A stretch of 64,000 bases of DNA from Octopus vulgaris. Its lineage: Eukaryota. Position numbers and translations under genes: made by a program. Under the pieces are notes generated by a model. That model was not told the origin of the DNA, did not search any database, and worked only from the letters and a program-made list of their open reading frames with translations. Below are positions 28,057-64,000 of the stretch, piece after piece. Every line of letters begins with the position of its first letter. Positions within the stretch are counted from its first letter, which is position 1. The stretch spans positions 81,344,001-81,408,000 of the forward strand of contig OX597825.1 in the NCBI GenBank assembly GCA_951406725.2, written 5' to 3'.

Positions 28057-29053
28057 TAGTAGCCCGTCAAAGGATAAAGAAGTCCTTTGATGTTTCGCCC
28101 CAACACCGCGTTTCAGATTTTCCTCGTGACTTACCTTTGCCAGAATTGAAACAATATATTAAGCCATCAGATTTGATCTTCACTGTGGTTCTTCGTAGGA
28201 ATAAGTTTCAAAGACATCCTCTCTCTCCTAATAAAACATCACAGCTCATACATCCAACAGACGGAAACCGGGCAACGGAGATTGTATAAGAACAATGGCC
28301 TTCTCCCAAGAACACGTGGCTTGTTCGTAGACTCTACAGAAATACAAAAGAGGATTAAAGCCAATGCGAAACGTTGTTATTTACACGACATAAATAAACA
28401 TGACAGATGTAAGTTAAAGAAACGACCGGCAGGGATATAATTAACATTCATTATATAATTTGTATTTTTTTTTAATGTTTCTTTTTTGTTTTTCATATGA
28501 TTCGATCTCTGTTTTATGTTTGTTTTTCTGTCTTTTCTTTGATTTTCAATAATTGATGAAATACTCCCGATATACACTCCCCGATCTGATAGTGTTTCCC
28601 AACATGCTGGTTTAATATATAAACAAGATGTTTTAAAATATGCAAGATTTATATTTATATAGAATTGTGCGTGTTTGTGTCTCTGTTCAATTAGATTACG
28701 TGTGTGTTTGTGTATGAGTGCGTGTGTTCTCTTCCTCTCTCTCTCTCTTTCTCTGTGTTTGTTTCAATGAGACAATTCGTATGCGCAAGTAATTAAGTCA
28801 CGTGAGAATTCATAAATAAGGTCGGATGGGTTTTCTCCTTTCGAAGGGGGGCGTGTGACTACGTTTCCTTTTTCATGCACATGTTAATCACTCGTAATAC
28901 GCGCGTGTGTGCGTATGTATGTGTCCTGTGTGCATGTGTGCGTGTGCCTGTGTGTATATGTGTGTGTGTCCTATCGTGTATACATGCACATCAGTGGTCA
29001 TCATTATGTAAAGACTCTTACACATACATGAATGTATGTAATTCGTACGTATG

Positions 29054-29087
<34 letters not shown>

Positions 29088-29104
29088 CACACACATTAAC
29101 ATAT

Positions 29105-29320
29105 GTGTGTGTGTCTGTGTATGTGTTTGTCCCCGACCATCGCTTGATAACCGGTGTCGGTTTGTTTACGTCCCCATAACTTAGCAGTTCGGCAAAACGT
29201 AACCGATAGAATAAGTACCAAGCTGAAAAACTACAAGTGTTAGGGTCGATTCATTCAACCAAAATTCCTCCAGCATGGCCGCAGTCTGAATACTGTAACC
29301 AGAAAGAGATATGAAAGACG
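29105..29320 (+). mobile_element. SINE family A, 3' half
   Basis: gtttgtccccgaccatcgcttga...ccagcatggccgcagtc. Confidence 0.8.
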
Positions 29321-30652
29321 AAGCTGCACTTCTTTCCTTAACGTTTTGATTCTTCGTAGAATGGCAAAGAACCCAGTGCAGATCATTTAGAACGTTTTTC
29401 GAAATTTATTGTGCTCATTTCTGATGGGATCATTCACTTTTTAAGAATGGTTCATAAAGAAATAGAAAATAAAATAAAAGAAAAACCCACAACAAATGAG
29501 TTTTCCCCAAACTCTCGATATTTTCTTTCCTTCAAGAACGCCAAAACACTAATTTCATGCCGTTTGCTTCATCGATTTTCATCAATTCCACATAGAATTT
29601 TATATTTTATATATTTGTATAGCTTTTAGTTATTTATTTATTTTGAAGAATAGATATTTCAACATAACCAACATACCCCAACGCCAACAAAAGTTCCTTT
29701 CTTCGAATGCTAAAATATAATTTGTGGAAGGAATTTTATAAAGGCATTTTGTAGATCTATGTTTCTTCAGTCCAGTTGATATCCTTTCAGGAAATTCTTT
29801 CAATTTACCATTTTACAGATAATAAATGACGTTTTTTCTTCAATTTCTCAAAACAACAACAACAATAACAACCACAAATTAATTATCTCTTCAAGTCGAA
29901 GATTCCGAAGCATAAATTTGATTGCATTCTTTCAGGATTAGCATTTCTCTGGCATAAATTTCCCATCAGTTTCATTTACATATTTCTTTCATTTTGTGTC
30001 CATCGTTCGGAGTATTGTCATCTTCATCATTTTTTAACTTTTTCTTCTAATTTAAATAATTCAGCTATCATTCTTGCATCCATACGGTGTCTCTCAACCA
30101 TTTATTCTCTAAGCAGTTCTATTCTTCGAAGCATCATGCACATACACTTACTTTTTACATCACTCTCCAATTTTGATAAATTGAGTGACGCCATGCTTCG
30201 CTGATGAATTCAAATAAGGCAGAAATATGTCTGGATTAGTTCAACATGCTGCTATTAAAACAAATAATATTAGTTAGTGTATATTATGTTCTATTTTTGC
30301 AACACAATTACTTCTAGTTATCTATCTGTATTTAATCGTTTCATGCCTTAATTATATGAATACAGACTTTAATAATTTAAATGATTCTGATATGCTTTTC
30401 CGTCTTAGTAAAAGTAACTCACATTAAAGATTATCCATATTTATAAGCTTTTTTTAACATATAATATCCATATCGGACATTATAACGATCAAATTGCAAA
30501 GGAAACGCCAGGTGACACGACTTGGTTGCTTTTTGCTTTTCTGCCTTAAAATGAAGCTCATGAGGTACACTTTACCTTCAGGTTAGCTGCAATTGTTTAA
30601 AATGAGAATTCAAAACCGCAGAACATTATCAATAGCTTTTCGTTGTATATAT

Positions 30653-30955
30653 TGTTCGTTCCTTCTCGTGCCACGCCTGGGTCATAAGGGCCGGTTTCCC
30701 GGTTTCCTTAGCATTTAAGTTACTCACCTGGACAGGACGCCGGTCCGTCGTAGGTGAGCTGCAAGTTGCAGGATGAAAGAGTGAGAGAAAGTTGTGGCGA
30801 AAGAGTCAGCAGAAGTTCGCCATTACCTTCTGCCGGAGCCGCGTGGACCTTTGGTGTTTCGCTCATAAACACACACATCGCCCGGTCTGAGATTCGAACC
30901 CGCGATCCCTCGACCGCGAGTCCGCTGCTCTAACCACTAGGCCACGTGCCTCCAC
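30653..30955 (-). mobile_element. SINE family C (V-domain-like), full length with 12-bp TSD
   Basis: TSD cgttgtatatat at 30641-30652 and 30956-30967. Intact A-box and B-box (GGTTCGAATC). Confidence 0.92.
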
Positions 30956-31069
30956 CGTTGTATATATAAGATCTGATAAAGTCTGATCATATGATTGCCG
31001 TTCTTGATTGCACTTTGCCAATACAGAAAATCACTGTTACAAGTCTATTCAATGAACAGCATTCAGCGT

Positions 31070-31139
<70 letters not shown>

Positions 31140-31692
31140 ACACACCATAAAGTGAGTGATTTGCATTCGGACCTTACAAATCGCTGGCTGTTTCTCTCTG
31201 TTATTGCAATGTCGTCAGAGGTCAAACATTGTTGATACTCTAACATGAATCAAGATGATTATTTACGTATGCTGTCTTTACAATCAATTGATTTTCTCAA
31301 TGATCTGTCAAGTTATATATAAAAAAAACTCAACATTATGTATGCATGCAAATATGTATGTATGTATGTACATATGTATATATATACATGTATGTAAATA
31401 TATGCTTATATATTTTGTTGGTGCATTATTATTGCGGCGTTTTATTTTCAACAAATTTTATTCGATAAAAACAATAACAATATTTTTAAAAAGCATCTTT
31501 AAATGAGGTCCTGACTGCCTGCCAAGCAAATGGAAACAGTAATTGAAGTAGATGGTGAATATGCTCCGGAATAATCATTTAAAGGTGTTTTTATGACATG
31601 TTGTTATAAAATTTGGTATATATATATAAGAGAAGAAAGTGTACGTACGTCGCTATATATATATATAGCGGCGTAGGTACACTTTCTTCTCT

Positions 31693-31723
<31 letters not shown>

Positions 31724-32139
31724 GTATGTATATGCACAGACACATGCTATTCGACCGATCTTCCCTTACACAAATTACCGAACACAGGGAACCCTACATA
31801 CATAAACACAGGCACACATACATACACACAAACACACACACATACACACACACATAAACGCACACACACACATACACACAAGCACACACACATATACACA
31901 CATGCACACATCCATTCACATAGAATTCACAACATAGAACACGTGCAAAAACTCCGCCTCCCGCAAACCTTCTCATCTTGTATTTCCTTACCGAATGAAC
32001 CCTTTCGGTGTTTCAGTCAATTTGTTTTACTAGAACTGGTTGGATGGGCAACAGCATTTGACGGGAGGCCTGGGGTCTAGAATGTGGGGAATGGGATTTT
32101 CGTTAATAATGTATATCTAGTTATATAGTGGGTGGGGTA

Positions 32140-32304
32140 GCGCAGGCATGCGTAGTGTGCGGTAAGAAGTTTGGTCCCCAACCACATGGTTCCGGGTTCA
32201 GTCTCACAGCATGGCTTTTCGGACAAGTGTCTTCTGCTATAGCCTCGGGCCGACCAAAGTCTTGTGAGTGGAATTTGGAAGACAGAAACAGGAATAGACC
32301 TGTG

Positions 32305-32310
<6 letters not shown>
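32140..32310 (+). mobile_element. SINE family A, 5' half
   Basis: accacatggttccgggttcagtc...tatagcctcgggccgaccaaag. Confidence 0.8.
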
Positions 32311-32345
<35 letters not shown>

Positions 32346-32562
32346 CATATGGATTTATGTATTCATAATACAAACCATTGAGACTTCGTATTCGTGTATT
32401 GCGGCTAAGATGGCGGCAGGATCGCCTATATGTGAGGGTTTGTTGTTCATTTGATGAATTTTGCCTGAATACTGTTCACCTGTTAATCAAATTACTTTGA
32501 TGTATTTCCACCTTCCTGCTTTGTAACAGTTACTTTTTATCCATCCATCCATCCATCCATCC

Positions 32563-32644
<82 letters not shown>

Positions 32645-33749
32645 GTATGTATGTATGTATGTATGTATGTATGTATGTATGTATGTATGTATGTGTGTAT
32701 GTATGTATGTATGTATGTATGTATGTGTGTATGTATGTATGTATGTATGTATGTGTATGTATGTATGTATCAATCAATCTATCTATCTATCTATCTACCC
32801 ATCTGTGTTCCTTATTTTTCTATGAGTTATCAAATGGTTGAACCTGTTGCCACACGTTTGTATTCTTGTAAGAGAGACTCAAATATGTGTGAGTCGCATA
32901 CATACTGATGCATATATACGTACATAATACAATATGCATATACAAGCATACATGCATATACACGTGTAAGTGTGTATATATATATTGAGATATATACGTA
33001 TACACATACATAAATATATACACACATATATGTATATATATTTATGTATATAAATCTTTATATACAAATACGTTTCTATTTCTCTAGCTGTGTCTGTCTG
33101 TCTCTCCCTTTTGTTCTACACACACACACAAACACACACAAACACACACACACACACACACACACGTATTCCTTTATGCAAATACATTGTTTATATCGCC
33201 GTGTCATTGTATCTTTGTATGTTTATATCTACATATGTGCTACTTGGCGTATCTATTGTTTTAATTACAGTTAAAATACAATGAACCCACTACATGTATG
33301 TATTATGTATGTATGTCAGTTTGTGTGTGTGTGTGTGTATTTATACCTATAAAATAAAACAACTTTCCGCATGACATGACAGTTTGAAGTGGCGGCCACG
33401 TTTTGTTCTTCAAAGGACAATCAATGAGTTTGAATTCTGTCAGTATTCGCAACAGCTGTAAACACCTTTCTATGTTTAACTAAGCGTGACGATACAGTCG
33501 GTGGTTTGAAATATTTCAGAAATTAACAGAAGGCAAAGCGGCCCCACGATTCCCCAAACACCACTTCTCCTAAATGATATAATGATATATAGCAGAAGCA
33601 AGAGAGTAACTCAAGGGCCGGGAGTTTCGTGCGTTTCCACTTATTAAACGAGTTACAAATTGAAGTGTTGTGGATTTAATTTTTCGATTTGTTTGGTGTC
33701 AATGCACGAAACTCTCAACCTTTGAGTCACTCCGTTGCGGGGGAGGGGG

Positions 33750-33870
33750 TAGGAAGCTTATGGTTCCGGGTTCAGTCCCTGTGCCTGTCACCCAGGGCAG
33801 GTGTCTTCTCCGGCCGAACAAAGCCTTAAGATTGGATTTGGTAAAAGAAAACTAGAAGCAGCCCGTCGTA
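33750..33870 (+). mobile_element. SINE family A, degenerate 5' fragment
   Basis: tggttccgggttcagtcc...gcccgtcgtata. Confidence 0.7.
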
Positions 33871-33963
33871 TATATATATAAAGGGATAAAAAAAAAGGGG
33901 CAACAAAACATTGAGACAGATGATACAAAAGAGAGACAAGAAAAAACCCGGACGTGTCATTCG

Positions 33964-34061
<98 letters not shown>

Positions 34062-34483
34062 CATGTTCTCTGTTTTTTCTTTTTTTTTTTTGTCATATAT
34101 TTGTATATATATATATATATATATATATATTCATACAAATACAGTGTACATTTAAACACACAAGAGGCATCCATCATAGGATCCCTTGCTCACTGGAAAG
34201 GACAGTTAAATTCCAAACCACTATTAGGGATAAAATACCGAAGGGATATCTAACTCCTGGACCAATAGTTTCAGACTTATTTTTAGCAAATATAATATTT
34301 GCTAGGCGAAGTCTTCTTCAGCAGGCACACCTTATATTAAATATATATACACGAGGCAATCCAGTCAGTATATGGCCCTTGCTTATACATTCTAATTTTT
34401 CAAATTTATATATAATGTATACATATTTATACACCTGGTTTAATTCTCCTGTTTTTCTTTCTCTCATTGTAGCTATACCCGAG

Positions 34484-57574
<23,091 letters not shown>

Positions 57575-57996
57575 GTGAGATGACATTTTGAATAACATTT
57601 TCAATAAAAAATCCATTAACAGTTGAAATGGTGTACTAAGCTTTATGTAACATCGTTTGATATAAAAACAATAAAAATATGAATATAATCACATACATTT
57701 ATCTGCAAACAATTGTATATAGAAGATCACGCGGCATTTGTTCCGACGCTGCGTGCCCTGAGTTCAAATCGTGCCTGAGATAAATTTGCCTTTCAACCTT
57801 GTTGGGTGTAGATTTGGAAAGTTGCTCTCATTGACACTACAATGGCATCTTGATTCTCTCAGCAGAATATCAACGCATTTGGCCCAGGCGGCACGTTTAA
57901 ATCTGTCCTGCGGTCGATTTGTGTTCGACTAAAGGCAGTGCTCCAGCATGACGGCAGTCAAATGACTGAAACAAGTAAAACAAGTGAAAGAATAAA

Positions 57997-58049
<53 letters not shown>

Positions 58050-58364
58050 GTATGTGTGTATGTAGGTGTGTTTAAATACACGTGTTTGTAAGAGTTATAA
58101 ACTATATAAAAATATGTTTTTCATATTGCATACATTATCCCGCATAGAACACAATATGCTTAATAAAATGGATAGACATATTTATTATATCAAAAGAAGA
58201 CCGCTTTCGCCATTTTGTATATGTGAATGTATATATGTATATATGTGTATACGTCGATATATGTATGTTTCTGTGCACATAGGGGATAGGGAAATGTAGC
58301 AGAAAAGTATCAGTCTAAGACACTTCATTACACAGCAATGTTGATAATAATAATAATAATAATG

Positions 58365-58439
<75 letters not shown>

Positions 58440-58655
58440 TAATAAAATATTCAGACAAATACATTACAAAAACACCAGGACTTATAAACAGATATAACAT
58501 ACATAAAATTGCACTACTAGGCACTGCACACATCCTACGCAGAACACTTTCAATACAGTAACCATAAGAGCATCACGACAAATCACAGCACATACCCAAG
58601 GCACACAGAGCTGTGCTCGGTAGTGAAGTGAAAGCACGATATAAAAAATATACTA

Positions 58656-58660
<5 letters not shown>
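58440..58660 (+). mobile_element. 5'-truncated Dong/R4-like retrotransposon inserted in (TAA)n
   Basis: Encodes IKYSDKYITKTPGLINRYNIHKIALLGTAHILRRTLSIQ* plus about 100 nt of 3' UTR. (AAT)n lies on both flanks. Confidence 0.85.
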
Positions 58661-58735
<75 letters not shown>

Positions 58736-58763
58736 CAACAATAACAACATCAACAACAACAAT

Positions 58764-59010
58764 AATCCTTTCTTACTCTAGGCACGAGGCCTAACATTTT
58801 GGGGTGGAGATTTGTCGATTGAATCGGTCCCAGTGCTTGACTGGTACTTATCGACCTCGAAAGGATGAGAGGTAAAGTTGACCTCGGTAGAATTTGAACT
58901 CAGAAAACGGATGAGATGCCGCTAAATATTTTGTCCGGTGTGGCAACAATTTTGCGAATTACTGCTAAGCTTTTTGCCAAATATGAAAATGCCTCCCCCA
59001 GCTCGCCGCC
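58764..59010 (-). mobile_element. SINE family B
   Basis: ctggtacttatcgacctcgaaaggatgagaggtaaagttgacctcgg core. Confidence 0.82.
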
Positions 59011-59129
59011 TGATAACGGTTTCAAATTCTTGAACAAGACCAGCAGGTTTTCTTTTTAATTCTTAGAGGAAAGGAATCAGTCATTTACAAATGTCCCCAG
59101 CATTTAGCTGGTATTTAATTTTATCGTGT

Positions 59130-59410
59130 CAATTATGTTTCTTTATTAGCCACACAGGGCTGCACACAGACGGGACTGATTACAAAGTAGAGGTTTTCTT
59201 TTTGGGGGAGAGAAAAAAATGGATTAGGTTTTCGATCAAAAAGGATCGTAAAAGGGAAAGAAAAGAAAGAAAAGGAAAAAAACGATCACTATGGATCGTG
59301 TATCACAGAAATGTCATGATGTAAAGTGTAAAGGGGGAAGCAGATAAGGTTTATCCGTGGAAAGAAAAGCCTACGGAAAAGACCATGACAACCTCGCTCA
59401 ATAATGTTAC
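59130..59410 (-). mobile_element. LINE-like 3' end fragment
   Basis: The reverse strand ends ctgtgtgcagccctgtgtggctaataaagaaac (AATAAA plus A-rich end). The tail is shared with the SINE at 36808. Confidence 0.5.
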
Positions 59411-59419
59411 ATGTTACCA

Positions 59420-59510
59420 CATTTGTTTGCAAGTAGGGAACCCTCTGTTTTAAACTTTCCGGGGTCATAGGAAAATTTAAAACAGAGGGTTACCTACTTG
59501 CAAACAAATG
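59420..59510. repeat. 41-bp inverted repeat (2 mismatches) with 9-nt loop
   Basis: 59420-59460 versus 59470-59510; loop ggggtcata. Confidence 0.95.
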
Positions 59511-60026
59511 CAGATTTTATGTTAATAAGTGCGTGAGCAGCAATTTTACATTAAAACCAAAAAAAATGTCCCCATTTCGATGGCAGTAACGTAGCTATAT
59601 TGCCCGTGGTGGAGTTTGAACAGCAAACTTCAAATAAAGAGAAAAATATAATACCTTCAGGTATTTAGTACAGCTCCCCGCCTCACACCACATCGCCATC
59701 TCTTTCGTTTGCGATATAAAAAAGATAAAAAAACATAAATAATCGAAAGCAATTAAGCAATAATGTTCCGATGATTATATGGTATTAGGAGAGGAGAAAA
59801 GGGAATCATTGGATAAGGATCAATAGAAATTGATTTATGATTGAGAACAGTTTAGTTAGCAGGTTTACGATATATCAATAGCTGGTTTCATTGATTGATT
59901 GATTGAAAGGAATCGAGATAGAAACTATAAAATCGCATGTAAACATTTATCATATACTTTTTTTTTAATCACAATTCCTTAATCCACATATTCCTATAAT
60001 GACGCTAATAACAACAACAATAATAA

Positions 60027-60092
<66 letters not shown>

Positions 60093-60104
60093 TAATAATA
60101 ATAA

Positions 60105-60492
60105 TCTATATATATAAAGCTGAAGTTGTCTGTGTGGCAGATTTGGTAACCTTCAACTAACACTATCTCCTCCGAGACCCTGCGGCGCAAGTTGACCAAA
60201 ATTGAGATTAAGATAGAGGAAGCTTGCTCTTCCTTCCGTAGAAGAAAGAATTCAAATCGGACCATGTTAACACCAAAAATTATTTACATCGGAAAGGTGC
60301 TTATTTTTCTATGAAAATCCCTATTTTTTACGATTTTTTTACTGCTGTGTCGCCATTTTTCGGTGTATTTCAATCAGAAGAATGTTCACTTAAAGAGAAT
60401 AACAAGCTACATAATGCAACATTTTTACTTTTCAACAATTCCAATTCTAAAGGGTCGAAACAAACCCGAGCAACGCCGGGCGATACTGCTAG
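60105..60492 (+). mobile_element. Complete non-autonomous Helitron (type 2) inside (TAA)n
   Basis: A|TCTATATATATAAAGC ... hairpin CCCGAGCAACGCCGGG (60465-60480) ... CTAG|T, with no TSD. Confidence 0.88.
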
Positions 60493-60515
60493 TAATAATA
60501 ATAATAATAATAATG

Positions 60516-60588
<73 letters not shown>

Positions 60589-60590
60589 TG

Positions 60591-60654
<64 letters not shown>

Positions 60655-60734
60655 TAATAATAATAATAATAATCACAACAACAACGAGGACGACGACAAC
60701 GACCACGGCATCAACAATAATAGTGATAATAATA

Positions 60735-61166
60735 TTGGTTTCAAATTTTTACACAAGGCCAGCAATTTTGGAGCCATGATCAAGTCGATTACAGCAACCT
60801 GACTCCATAACTGTTGCTTATTTTATCGAACCCCAAAAGATGAAAGAATAGAAAAGTTCGGCTCGGCGTAATTCGAACTCAAGAACGCAAGTCCGGAAGA
60901 AATGTGGCTAAGCATTTTATCTGGCATGCTAAGTATTCTGCCTGCTGGCCGCCTTTAAATAACCCTTTCTTCTATCGGTACAAGGTCTTAAATCTTTTAA
61001 GAGAATTACGCCGACCCCAGCATATGACTGGTACTTATGTCATCGATTCCGAGATGATAAAGGGCAAAATTGATCTCGGTGGAATTTGAACTCAGAACGT
61101 AAAACCGGGAAAAATGTTACAAGACATATTATCCAACATCCTAACGATTTTGCTAGGTCGCTGCCC
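60735..61166 (-). mobile_element. Two tandem degenerate SINE family B copies
   Basis: Two consecutive reverse B heads and cores (about 60735-60956 and 60960-61166). Confidence 0.72.
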
Positions 61167-61244
61167 CTATGTAATAATAGTAATGATAATGATGATGATG
61201 ATAATAATAATAATAATAATGATAATAATAATGATAATATACAT

Positions 61245-61296
<52 letters not shown>

Positions 61297-61814
61297 CTAC
61301 ATGTACATATAAATATAAATATTGATAGGCAAATTAACATACATATATAATACGTATACATATATATATATATATACTGAATTGTCCTAGATGGGACAAT
61401 TCAATATTTAAATTGCGTGTTATTGTATTTGCGTCATTTGTTATGAATCCAGGGTATGGATGTTCCGCAGAGAACATATTGAAAATTACACGCCTCTGAC
61501 GATTTGACATTAAATGTTATTACGTAATTTAAACTCTGTAACTATTAAATTATCTTTTATTAGTGAAACTTACGTAAGATAATGTAACTAAATACCCTAC
61601 GAAAATTGTCACATGTTCTGTATATCTTTACACGTAACAGACATATAAATATATATATGTGTGTATATGTGTATACAAATTGATATATATGTACGTAAGC
61701 GAGAGCCTGGTTGTGAAAGTGAATATAGCTAATACATTTCCGTAAGCCTTTCATTAAATATTCTTTTGTTGAAAATTTTGGAAACATTCATCATACTTCT
61801 GCGTATGCTTACCA

Positions 61815-61907
<93 letters not shown>

Positions 61908-61915
61908 CCTATCTA

Positions 61916-61957
<42 letters not shown>

Positions 61958-62002
61958 CGTGTGCGTTGCATATATTTAGATATCTGCAGTTATATAACAA
62001 AC

Positions 62003-62135
62003 ATTGTTTGTTCCTTCTCGAGCCACGCCTGGCTCATAAGGGCCGGTTTCCCGGTTTCCTTGGCGTATAGGTTCCTCAATTGGACGGGACGCTGGTCCGT
62101 CGCAGGTGAGCTGCAAGGTGCAGGAGGAAAGAGTA
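62003..62135 (-). mobile_element. SINE family C, 3' part
   Basis: Matches 23112-23245. Confidence 0.85.
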
Positions 62136-62136
62136 A

Positions 62137-62175
<39 letters not shown>

Positions 62176-62177
<2 letters not shown>

Positions 62178-62352
62178 ACAACGCGAGGACGTGGAACAAA
62201 TATAGTATTATTGGACGCTCAGGAAAGAAGGAAAGAAGGAGGGTGTAATGTTTCGAGCGGAGCTCTTCGTCGGAAGCATAGGAGAAGGAAAGATCCAGAG
62301 AAGGGAAGACAGAGGAAAAAAAATCGCCAACGGTACACATGAGGTCACATTT
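62176..62352 (-). mobile_element. Penelope-like repeat with a degenerate hammerhead motif (62241-62280)
   Basis: Inverted homologue of 5941-6115. The reverse strand reads CCGACGA-A-GAGCuccGCUC-GAAACAUUA. Confidence 0.6.
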
Positions 62353-62359
62353 TGATATA

Positions 62360-62700
62360 CATCATTATGAGGGTATACACGAAATGAGATAATTCGAAAA
62401 GAGAAAAAGAATGAATTCGAGATCGGAACGGAGATAACGATGTGAACGCGGAGTACCAAAGGCACAGGTTCCGCTGGGCCGGACACGTGAGAAGGTTCAC
62501 AAACAACAGTTCGACCTGTGTTGTTGCCGAGGGATATCCAAGGGGTTGGAAAAGGCCAACTGGAAGGTCTGCACAACGATGGGAAGACATTTTAGTTAAG
62601 CAAATTGGGTCAAGATGAGAAAGAATGGCACAATGAAGACAGAAATAGAAGTGCATTGTGGCCAGCGGTGTATGACAGCATTCAATGGTCTTGTTGATAC
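62360..62700 (+). mobile_element. RTE-clade LINE 3' fragment, degenerate
   Basis: IRDRNG..RFRWAGHVRRF..GYPRGWKRPTGRSAQRWEDIL..*ERMAQ*RQK*, with stops at positions that are normally Trp. Confidence 0.88.
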
Positions 62701-62745
62701 ATTGATACAGTGATGTATGTGAATATTTATATATATGTATGTCTG

Positions 62746-62788
<43 letters not shown>

Positions 62789-62801
62789 GTCTGTCTATCT
62801 G

Positions 62802-62858
<57 letters not shown>

Positions 62859-62859
62859 G

Positions 62860-62942
<83 letters not shown>

Positions 62943-63479
62943 GTCTGTCTGTCTATCTATATCCATCTCAAATGCTTAACACAAATTCACGTTTTAATTG
63001 AATCACATGAAAATGAATTAGACATAATCGAGTTACGATTCAGTGACAATTCCAAAATTTTCTAAGTCGAAGCAGATTCATTTTGGAAGATTTTCACATA
63101 TGAAATTATCCGATTGTCTTATTAACTTTAGTCAAAGTGCAGCAGAGAATTTGATTGGCTGCTAAATCAGTTTGGAGAAATTAGTTTGTTCAATTCAATT
63201 ATTATTTTCTTTAGCTCTTATCACAGACAATTTTCGTACTCTTTTCGTTTACTTCATTGCGTATCTTAACACATCTTCAGTTCTTGGACTCATCAATACA
63301 TCGATACGCTAAAATCTATAAATGCATGTTTGATAAATACATGCAAATATACATGCATACTGACATGTTAAGCTACATGTCTACATACATATGTCCACAC
63401 ATACACACATATCTATACATATATATATATATATATTTATATACATAAGTATATATAAGCACACACAACTACACACACA

Positions 63480-63534
<55 letters not shown>

Positions 63535-63676
63535 ATATGTATATACATACATAAGAGGGCATTGGTGTTTAGTGCCTGAAGATACACCGAAAGGCTAAAC
63601 CCCTTATGAGCGAGAAATCCAGGGTAACCCCATAAAACGGCCTACCCCACTATAAGACACACACATATATATATAC

Positions 63677-63745
<69 letters not shown>

Positions 63746-64000
63746 CCTATATATATATGTATATATATACTTATATACATATGTATATTTTATATATATA
63801 TATAGTTATAAACATATACATATGTGTGTATGTGTGTGTATATTATGTGTGTGTGTATGTATGTGTTCTCTTCTGTTTTTAATTATTTAATTCTTTCCTC
63901 TGAGGAAAGACCCGGTTTCTAACAAAATTTCAACGCTCCATCGATGGAGTAAAATAACGAGGAAAACGTCACATTTGAAAGTTGAGGAAAGTCTTGCATA

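Noticed and set aside
29900-30200. Possibly coding-like minus-strand stretch (MASLNLSKLESDVK...)
   Set aside because: Multiple stops and no recognisable family; at most a decayed TE.
30880-30955. tRNA-like sequence on the minus strand (also 23340-23416)
   Set aside because: It is the SINE-C head: continuous with the SINE body and flanked by a TSD. I could not fold a complete cloverleaf.
33911-34483. N-terminal part of the 558-aa ORF
   Set aside because: It runs through (TA)/(TG) repeats upstream of a clear splice acceptor at 34472, so it is intronic read-through.
63226-63312. Candidate last exon after tatcacAG (DNFRTLFVYF...)
   Set aside because: No resemblance to the expected EAHDALHHF-type SKOR C-terminus.
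63560-63610. Other CTGANGA...GAAA hits (also 61496-61580 and 10130-10160)
   Set aside because: Stems I-III cannot be completed around the core, so these are not called hammerheads.

Overview
AT-rich, microsatellite-saturated animal genomic DNA. The repeat landscape suggests Octopus or another coleoid cephalopod (inference). There is one convincing protein-coding gene: a + strand SKI-family transcriptional corepressor (SKOR/Fussel/Corl orthologue). I reconstructed it by hand as seven GT-AG coding exons with consistent phases: 34484-35481, 39100-41593, 48377-48434, 49165-49215, 50868-50942, 54189-54263 and 57509-57574 (at least 1272 codons). It has a SKI/Sno (Dachshund-homology) domain, a SAND-like SMAD4-binding domain and a C-terminal coiled coil. 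Five of these exons are missing from the ORF track, and the terminal exon probably lies beyond the window. The rest is intronic or intergenic: three tRNA-derived SINE families, non-autonomous Helitrons, Tc1/mariner MITEs, R4/Dong, RTE and L1/Tx1-like LINE fragments, a Penelope-like repeat and many SSRs. Most notable: a minimal hammerhead-ribozyme motif (6005-6043), two long intronic hairpins (36306-36398, 59420-59510), inverted SINEs bracketing the large exons, a possible truncating alternative exon, terminus swapping among Helitrons, and a Dong-like insertion inside a (TAA)n tract. Nearly all other listed ORFs are microsatellite read-throughs. Repeat boundaries are approximate and no database searches were run.
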